The notes below the pieces were generated by a model. It was not told where the DNA came from, searched no databases, and saw nothing but the letters and a program-made list of their open reading frames with translations. A DNA stretch of 64,000 bases from Octopus sinensis (Eukaryota): contig NC_042999.1 of the NCBI RefSeq assembly GCF_006345805.1, positions 114,018,001 to 114,082,000 of the forward strand. Reading direction: 5' to 3'. The position numbers and the translations under genes were made by a program. Every line of letters starts with the position of its first letter. Position 1 is the stretch's first letter. Below, in pieces: positions 63,815 to 64,000 of this stretch.

Positions 63815-64000
63815 TTGTTTCCATTGATTTTGCAAAAGATTTAAAAGATTTCCATGTTGTTTCTGTCATTCAATGTACATAAAAGATTGTCATCTTACTT
63901 CCTGCATCTCTGTACAATAATTCTATTACATATATTCTTCACCTGTCTATCTGCCTGCTTCAGGTTCACCATCCATCACTCCTCTTTCTCCCTACATCAT

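Overview
AT-rich, intron- and repeat-dense metazoan DNA. The SINE families, (TA)n/(CA)n/(TACA)n load and RTE tails point to a coleoid cephalopod, most likely Octopus; this is inferred from repeat content, not a database match. No long intact protein-coding ORF is present. The long ORFs in the track come from microsatellites, a purine tract or decayed transposons. Recognisable mobile DNA: decayed pogo and three mariner transposases, several MITEs (mariner/Tc1 with TA flanks, piggyBac-like with TTAA, hAT-like with an 8-bp TSD), Helitron pieces (helicase and a 5' end), RTE, CR1/L2-like, I/Jockey-like and Penelope RT remnants, and several tRNA-headed SINE families. Two CpG-retaining zones (about 19.2-25.6 kb and 51.9-57.9 kb) separate CpG-depleted blocks, which suggests promoters between methylated gene bodies. 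The best gene evidence is a minus-strand spliced unit (55.5, 54.0 and 52.7 kb) ending in a signal-peptide-like exon; other exon calls are tentative and no gene could be named. Main highlight: a tRNA-headed retroelement carrying a complete minimal hammerhead ribozyme (16849-16894), placed head-to-head with a second copy whose middle is a 104-bp segment also found 4.9 kb away. Several long fold-back structures also stand out.
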